DNA from: Sporopachydermia quercuum
Taxonomy: Eukaryota
Assembly (NCBI GenBank): GCA_001599295.1
Contig: BCGN01000004.1
Location: 1,799,676-1,863,675, forward strand
Direction: 5' to 3'
DNA length: 64,000 nucleotides
Below the pieces are notes generated by a model. It was not told the DNA's origin. It did not search any database and was given only the letters and a program-made list of their open reading frames with translations. Of this stretch, positions 59,589 through 64,000 are shown piece by piece; position 1 is the first letter of the stretch, and each line of letters starts with the position of its first letter. Both the position numbers and the translations under genes were made by a program.

Positions 59589-60890
59589 AATGTTTCTTGA
59601 CTCTGTTGGTAGTAAATGATACGATTCTGTTACACTAATTAAATTATTGAAATTCAACGTATGTAATGGCCTATGAATTTTAAAGAACTTAATTTGTAAA
59701 TAACTGCTTGCAAATAATCTCAGAAGACGCTATTCGGAGGCTCCATGGACGATGAAAAACAGAAAAATCGACTGTTAGGTACCTTCCAAAATAATACAGT
59801 GAAAGGTATTACAGGACATCTCACAAAATTTAACAACTTTGGACTCTTCAATTGACTGGTTATCACTACCACATAATATATTACTTTTCTAATATCTTAT
59901 CGTAGAGACTTTAGAAGAAATCTGAAACTTCAAATATGCCGTCAGTTAATCTCGAGCGAAATTGCTATAGTCAAAGAAAATTGATTGAAATCTCATAGTA
60001 CTCCTCTTTCTTGCACCCTTGATATCCTACTACAACAAAGAGTAAAAAAAAAGACAAGAAAGAAAAGAAAAGAGGCTGTAACGTAACATTCAATTGCTCG
60101 ATTTGGTCGAACCGTCTGAAATCAGGATTATAAAAAACTTCCTAACTGTTAGGTGAGTTATTAATCGCCTCCCTCTTACTGGATGAAATCAAAATGATGA
60201 GGAGTAAACATTCAAAGTTGATTGATATNGAAAATAGTATTCTGATGTGTAGTTGCTCTTAAAAGTAGATACTATTAAGTCATTGAGAGCTTGCTGTTTA
60301 ATATATATATATTTGATGTTCATGAACACCATTGCACTGAACGGATCTGTCAATTTAAAGTTCACTTGAGTTTTCTTAATATCTTCCTAACCTAACAATT
60401 AGCCAAGTCACTTGAATGCGGTCTTTGTTAGGTTGAAAGATTTATTAGTTCAAGGTTTAACTCTAAGTCTCGAACTAACAGTTTATTCTGCTTTTTTTCT
60501 TTCTTAATCAGACCGATAAGGTAGACATCGACGCGCTTTAAAGCAAAATAAGGGTCGTACGACTTAGCCGTATATTGAATGATGTTCGTTCGACAAGGAA
60601 TAACTTAATTGAAATAGTGTACTTATTTGACTACGATTGACGATATTATCTACAAATGCACTGCTTGTATCGCTATTTCTTTTCTTTTCTCAAGAATTGA
60701 ATTTATAAGATATCCAAATTGTTTACAGTATGAATTATTATAACTAGTACAAATGCCATCAAAGAATTAGAAACTTTGGAGTCAATAAGAAGGGGCACTA
60801 GATATATTGTATATATTGAAGTATAACGAATGAACTAACAATCCAGCTAATGATACCAGAACTCATAGCAATGATCGAGAAGCCCAGTCC

Positions 60891-63770
60891 CTATAGCAAA
60901 TCTATCTCGTCGCCATTCTGACTATGACTAAATGAATTGGAAACGTTTGCTTCCATAGCATCGTCCTTTTCCTCCATTATATTGCGTTCTATTTTCTCCA
61001 AGCTCGTTTGATCTTTCTTAATAAACTCTGTCAGTCCTTCGGTTAAATTCCCTTCTTCACCACTAGTACTTTTACACCAAGCCATTTTATCTGCGTAGAA
61101 AACCAAGATGTCATCATGATACTCAAGCTTTGTTTCATGCAATACAGCTTCAATTGCAAACTCACAACTTCTTTCAACATAATCGAAATAAGGACTTGAT
61201 TCGTTGCCCGAATAAAATATCTCAAACCATTCAAATTGGTCTTCCCATTCATTATTACTATCGTCATCATTATCACTACTACTATTCAAAACCTCTAGTT
61301 CCAGCAACTTCTCCTCTTTCTGTTTCAGCCTGCGATATATAATCCTTCTATCACCAAATACAACTCCTGCTAACACATATTCCTTGAGTTCTTCAGGCAA
61401 TAGACTAGAAACGGATTCATCGTTGATATCAGTATCTTTTAGTTTACGTTTGGTACTTTCCCAGTTTAATAATTCTTCCCTAACCGCAGTTTTCTTATTG
61501 TTCAGCTGATTCAACACATTCTCAATATCATTTCTAGCAGCAATTGACTTTCTTATCTCCCCATCTCCTTGTTCAGAATCAGTTTGATGTTTTACAACGC
61601 TATCAAGATAATGCAATGTTCTTTCCAACACCTTATTAATCGGTTTACCTTTAACTGTTGATAGATCAAGCAACTGTTTATTCAACATAACTCTCTTTCG
61701 ATCAAACGACTCATTACAATTCTTTAAAGCTTTAACAACAGGTAGAAAACTCTCTTTATACCTTTGAGGATAAAACCTTTTCGGTAGTAACAAAGAAATT
61801 CTGGCATGATTATCATCTGAAGTCAAAGAAAAGCATATAACATCAGCTATTTGCTTCAAAAACGTTTCCCCAATTCCAGAACTCCAAATCATCCCATCTA
61901 ATGTTGCTTTAAGAGTTGGCTTTTTATCTTCAGCATCAATTGGAAAAACAAGTACCCTATCATTTCTTGTTTCACCCATTGATGATCCAGCTGCAGAAGC
62001 GAAAGCTGATACCAATGCTTTTAATTTGGGATCGCCGTTGGTGTTAACAGAATAGCCATCACTTTCCTCATCGCTTTCTAGCTTTTTGTTCAACTCTAAT
62101 ATTGAAATAACAGCTTCAAGGTAGACATGAAATGGTGATAAAGAATTCTCTTCTATAGGTAAGTTTCCTACCGTTTGTACTTGTTGTTTAGATTTTATAT
62201 AGCCATTGATTAGAATAACCAATGTGGAAAATGATCTTTGGCTTTTTCCATCAAGAAATGCAAATATTCTCTGTAGCTCCAGCAGAAACTGGCCGTTTAT
62301 TCCAACAGATTTGTCCGTTGTTGCCGATGTGCCGTTCAGTATACATTCATCCTCGTCAAAGATAACCATATCTTCTTCGTAGCCTCTCCACCAGTAAGGA
62401 TTGAATCCGTAGTTGTTGAAATGATGGATATCCAGAACAATGTCTCTTATCAATGGAATTGAATGTAAGATCATTAGAGAGCCAGCTAGTTGGGGAATTG
62501 CTTTGTTCGGTAGTAGAATTGGAGGCCTAGAAAAGGAAGATGTTGTGTTAGATTGTGTCCTGACAAGAGTTAAGGAATACATATGTTAAAGAAGTAATGA
62601 TGCTAACTGTTACAGGATCGAGTTAGGTGTCAATTAATAATGGCATCTTTAGTGCGAAGCGGCCAATTAGGCCATTGATCGCTATTCCAGATCCTTAAAT
62701 GAAGACTTCAATCCCGCTCCGCTAGATAGCTCAAGAAGAACATTATTGCTATACTCAGATCGACTGATTTGAATTCGTTGAAATTTTATATTAAACTCCC
62801 ATACGCTTTTCCCAATTCTCCTCTCTCTCTTAAACAGTTCTCTGCGTCAAATTCTACTTACTCCGATAATTTTCTAATCCAAGACTCACTACTTTCTAGA
62901 ATTGAATGATTTTCTTCAGATTTCTTGAGAAAATGAAATAAACTCTCTGCTGTCACATATTCAACCATTTCCTCATTTCTTTCATCGTATTCGCTGGGTA
63001 CTGAGTGAGGCACATTTATCTCCAATGATATTTTATAATCACTACTATAATCATCATGACCAATATTGTAGTGACTGTGATTGTGATGAGTATCTGATGC
63101 TTTATGGTGATCATTGTTATGGATATGAATATCATAAGCACTATCTGATGGTATTGCATTTTCTCCTAAAGAAACTAGATTAGTAGTGCTTTGTTCTTCN
63201 GATGTAGCTTCTGACTGACCATTTTCATCACCAACCATTCGTTCTTTCACATTAATATAATTATTGGGATTTTGGCTGTATGCATTAGAATCACTGGGTT
63301 GATCTGATTGATTGTCGTTAGAATATGAATTGGGAATCAACAAAAACCTGTTGAGCAGCTTTGGAAGTAGATTGAATTTGCAAAAGTAGATTCAATTTCA
63401 TAATCATAGACATACCATACTGACGCTAAGAGACTGTTAGTTAATGCTAACTAGGATAAAGTGTACATTCAAATCCAGTCAAATATGTACAACAAGACAG
63501 TTAAGACATATACAATACAAGACAACATACATCTGGTTCGGGACCACTCAAAATGTACTCAATTGCTGCTGATACATCATTTTTACAGACCTGAATTGTT
63601 AGTATGAGACAATATTCATATTCATCAATAACTTACAAAAATTGAAACAAACAAGTTCCCCAGGGTGAGCCCTCCTCTCGTTTACTTACTTTCAATGCAA
63701 CTTCTGCTTGTTCTTTGGTAAACCCCATCGATAGTATCGCTTGGATTCTTGACTCCATGTGTTGTGACAT
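60891..63770 (-). CDS. UBA-domain protein, Rup1-like (Rsp5/Ubp2 adaptor family); exons 63770-63690, 63590-63531, 63425-63416, 63303-62862, 62526-60891; 742 aa
   Basis: Exons 1-2 give UBA RIQAILSMGFTKEQAEVALK|VCKNDVSAAIEYIL. Core PPILLP...LMILHSIPLIR and FLLELQRIFAFLDG. Four GT-AG introns; total CDS 2229 nt, divisible by 3. Confidence 0.75.
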
Positions 63771-64000
63771 TATAGAATGGTTCAATTGTATCCAATAGAC
63801 ACCCACTATGTAGTTCGAGCTGCTGTATCTTTCACTGGTTCATCACCTGGTTGATCGCTTTCCTTTACGTTTCAGTAAATAAAGGAGATGGCTGATTGTT
63901 AGATTGGGTTGCTTATTGTCAGGCGAATTGATTAACATAAAATTCACATGTTTCGGGAAGTCTGATTGTTAGTTTCATTGTTAGGTTAGTCAGTAATGGT

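Overview
Eukaryotic DNA from an AT-rich budding yeast, most likely an early-diverging Saccharomycotina (inference). It uses the standard genetic code: CTG encodes invariant Leu in Ubc4 and the WD40 protein. I find 19 protein-coding genes and no tRNA, rRNA, CRISPR array or transposon. In order: SWD3/WDR5-like, SSE1 (Hsp110), SulP transporter, Srs2-like UvrD helicase, TBC Rab-GAP, copper amine oxidase, MRPL35, AlkB dioxygenase, TEA/AbaA-type transcription factor, ribosomal eL28, OSM1 fumarate reductase, full-length SREBP, UBC4, D-amino-acid oxidase, YAP1, ATG37/ACBD5-like, Stp-family zinc finger, ERG11, and a UBA/Rup1-like gene. Six genes carry 12 spliceosomal introns that the ORF track misses; all six reconstructions are frame-consistent, and one includes a 10-nt microexon. 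Highlights: (1) the TEA factor has a divergent recognition helix and a folded segment resembling the metazoan TEAD YAP/lipid-binding domain, with a Cys near the acylation position. (2) A filamentous-fungus-type SREBP sits beside OSM1 and ~18 kb from ERG11, whose upstream region has tandem SRE-like motifs and no exact Upc2 site. (3) DAO, YAP1 and ATG37 form a peroxide/peroxisome neighbourhood. Family calls come from recalled motifs, not database searches.
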